60,374 nucleotides of DNA from positions 1 through 60,374 of the forward strand of contig JAHFGL010000010.1 of the NCBI GenBank assembly GCA_023247445.1. Direction: 5' to 3'. How positions within the stretch are numbered: position 1 is the stretch's first letter; each line of letters opens with the position of its first letter. The notes under the pieces were generated by a model that was not told the origin of the DNA, ran no database searches, and saw only the letters and a program-made list of their open reading frames with translations. Shown piece by piece: positions 58,490 to 60,374 of the stretch. A program made the position numbers and the translations under genes. This DNA comes from Candidatus Omnitrophota bacterium. GTDB taxonomy: Bacteria > Omnitrophota > Gorgyraeia > Zapsychrales > Zapsychraceae.

Positions 58490-60374
58490 TTATTTTTTTC
58501 TTGCTGAGACTTCTTGTCGATCACCAATAATTTTTTCAGCGACGTTACGTGGCACTTGCGCGTAAAAAGCTGGTTCCATCGAGAATGATGCGCGTCCCTG
58601 CGTTAACGAACGAACGGCATTCGCGTAATTAAACATCTCCGCTAGAGGAACATGGCAACGTGTGACTTTTAATTTTCCTCGCATCCCTGAGCTAACAATC
58701 ATTGCTCGACGAGTATTTAAATCACCAACAACTTTAGTCATATGCTCATCGGGCGCCACAACTTCCAAATCCATAATTGGCTCTAGAAACACTGACTTGC
58801 CCTTAACCAATCCGTCCTTTAACGCAGCCTTAGCTGCCAACTGAAATGCCATTTCACTAGAATCAACTTCATGGTAAGAACCATCAATTAAAGTTACAGT
58901 GATATCGGTAACAGGATAACCCGCTAAAACACCATTAAGCGCGCCGGTCCTTAATCCTTTTTCAACTGGAGTAAAGAATTCGCGAGGGATTGATCCTCCC
59001 TTAATCTTATTGATAAAAGTAAGACCTTTGCCTTTTTCTTCAGAAGGTTCAATATCGATAACCACATGTCCATATTGTCCACGACCGCCGGACTGACTGA
59101 TAAACTTTCCAACAACATCAGATGCTTTTTGAGTAATTGTTTCTTTATACGCAACTTCTGGCCTTCCGATATTTGTTTCCAAATTAAATTCGCGTTTCAT
59201 TCGATCAATAATAATTTCCAAATGCAACTCACCCATTCCAGAAATAATTGTTTGCGCCGTTTCATCATCATACTGAACACGCAACGATGGATCTTCGTCT
59301 AAAAAGCGTCGTAACGTCAAACCTAATTTATCTTGATCAGCCTTTGTCTTTGGTTCAATCGCCATGGAAACAACCGGTTCAGGAACACGCATGCTTTCCA
59401 AAACAATACGATTTTCTGAATCACAGATACTGTCCCCTGATTTCGCATCCTTTATTCCTACCAAGGCAACAATCTCACCCGCTTCAGCTTTGGTCACAAT
59501 CTCTTGCTTATTGGCATGCATAACAACAATTTTTGAAATACGTTCTTTATTTTGACGACTTGAGTTATAAAGTGTGTCGCCCTGAGAAATTGTTCCAGAA
59601 TATATACGGGTATAAAAAAGTTTTCCAACAAAAGGATCCATTGCGATTTTAAAAACAAGACCAGAAAGAGGAGCTTTTGGATCGGCAGGACGAGTAATCT
59701 TTTCACCTGTGGCAGGATCAGTACCAGCGACAGGAGGAATATCAAGCGGTGATGGAAGGTAATCACAAACCGCATCTAAAACTAACTGAACACCCTTATT
59801 TTTGAGTGAAGAACCACATAAGACAGGTAAAAATTTGCTTTTAATAACAGCCCGACGAATAGCGGCTTTAATGTCATCGTTAGTAATTTCTTTTTCTTCC
59901 AAGAATTTATCGCCAATCTCTTCATCCGCATCAGCTAAACGTTCAATCAAATTTTTTCGATACTTTTCAAGTCGTTCTTGATGCTCGGCAGGAACTTCAC
60001 CAACAACTAAATCTTCGCCCTGATCATCATTATACGTGATACATCTTTTATTAATAACATCAATGATCGCGTTAAAGGCATCTTCTTGGGCATTGGGGAA
60101 ATAGATTGGAGCAGCATTAGCACCTAAACGTTCATGAATTTCACCAACAACACGATCAAAACTAGATCCTAATCGATCACACTTATTGATAAAAGCAATA
60201 CTTGGAACACCATATCTTTCGGCTTGACGCCAAACTGTTTCTGTTTGAGGCTGAACACCGCTTGTCGAACATAAAACAATAACCGCACCGTCCAAAACTT
60301 TCAAAGAACGCTCAACTTCGATAGTAAAATCAACGTGTCCGGGAGTATCAATTAAATTAATTCTTTTACCATTC
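58490..60374 (-). CDS. fusA: Elongation factor G (5'-truncated by window edge)
   Basis: INLIDTPGHVDF at the right edge, NKCDR, GMGELHLEI, QSGGRGQYGHV, DGSYHEVDSS. Confidence 0.98.
   Translation of the reverse strand, partial: NGKRINLIDTPGHVDFTIEVERSLKVLDGAVIVLCSTSGVQPQTETVWRQAERYGVPSIAFINKCDRLGSSFDRVVGEIHERLGANAAPIYFPNAQEDAFNAIIDVINKRCITYNDDQGEDLVVGEVPAEHQERLEKYRKNLIERLADADEEIGDKFLEEKEITNDDIKAAIRRAVIKSKFLPVLCGSSLKNKGVQLVLDAVCDYLPSPLDIPPVAGTDPATGEKITRPADPKAPLSGLVFKIAMDPFVGKLFYTRIYSGTISQGDTLYNSSRQNKERISKIVVMHANKQEIVTKAEAGEIVALVGIKDAKSGDSICDSENRIVLESMRVPEPVVSMAIEPKTKADQDKLGLTLRRFLDEDPSLRVQYDDETAQTIISGMGELHLEIIIDRMKREFNLETNIGRPEVAYKETITQKASDVVGKFISQSGGRGQYGHVVIDIEPSEEKGKGLTFINKIKGGSIPREFFTPVEKGLRTGALNGVLAGYPVTDITVTLIDGSYHEVDSSEMAFQLAAKAALKDGLVKGKSVFLEPIMDLEVVAPDEHMTKVVGDLNTRRAMIVSSGMRGKLKVTRCHVPLAEMFNYANAVRSLTQGRASFSMEPAFYAQVPRNVAEKIIGDRQEVSARKK

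Noticed and set aside
41694-59775. Longer antisense or alternative-frame ORFs over ribosomal genes (e.g. 48657-49244, 41694-42176)
   Set aside because: These are typical shadows of highly biased genes, with no SD or recognisable motifs.

Overview
Bacterial chromosomal segment with almost all genes on the minus strand. The organism is most consistent with the PVC superphylum, probably Ca. Omnitrophota; this is inferred from a PVC signature small basic protein, the absence of rpmD/L30 from the spc operon, and PilZ/PilT/ExeA genes plus a large fibre gene. The right third is the fusA-tuf-S10-spc-alpha ribosomal superoperon. The middle is housekeeping and envelope metabolism: accBC, efp, aroB/aroQ, gmhA/rfaE2, thiE, a PFK, lipB, an icd-like gene, glycosyltransferases, uvrB, coaX, LemA/DUF2207, tRNA-Gly(CCC), and groES/groEL under a CIRCE element. 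The left end holds a >1116-aa secreted, repeat-rich phage-fibre-like adhesin that the ORF track missed because it runs off the window. Directly upstream of it, apparently in the same transcript, is a REP-associated tyrosine transposase (RAYT)-like gene whose HUH and catalytic Tyr motifs are substituted. The most notable non-coding signal is a family of REP-like palindromes built from stem / tandem G.A / stem / mini-loop units with compensatory base changes. They sit 0-15 nt behind the stop codons of groES, groEL, rplP and rpsN. The best candidate for an undescribed system is this combination of a catalytically dead RAYT, GA-zipper REP elements and a fibre adhesin. All calls are from manual reading; no database searches were run.
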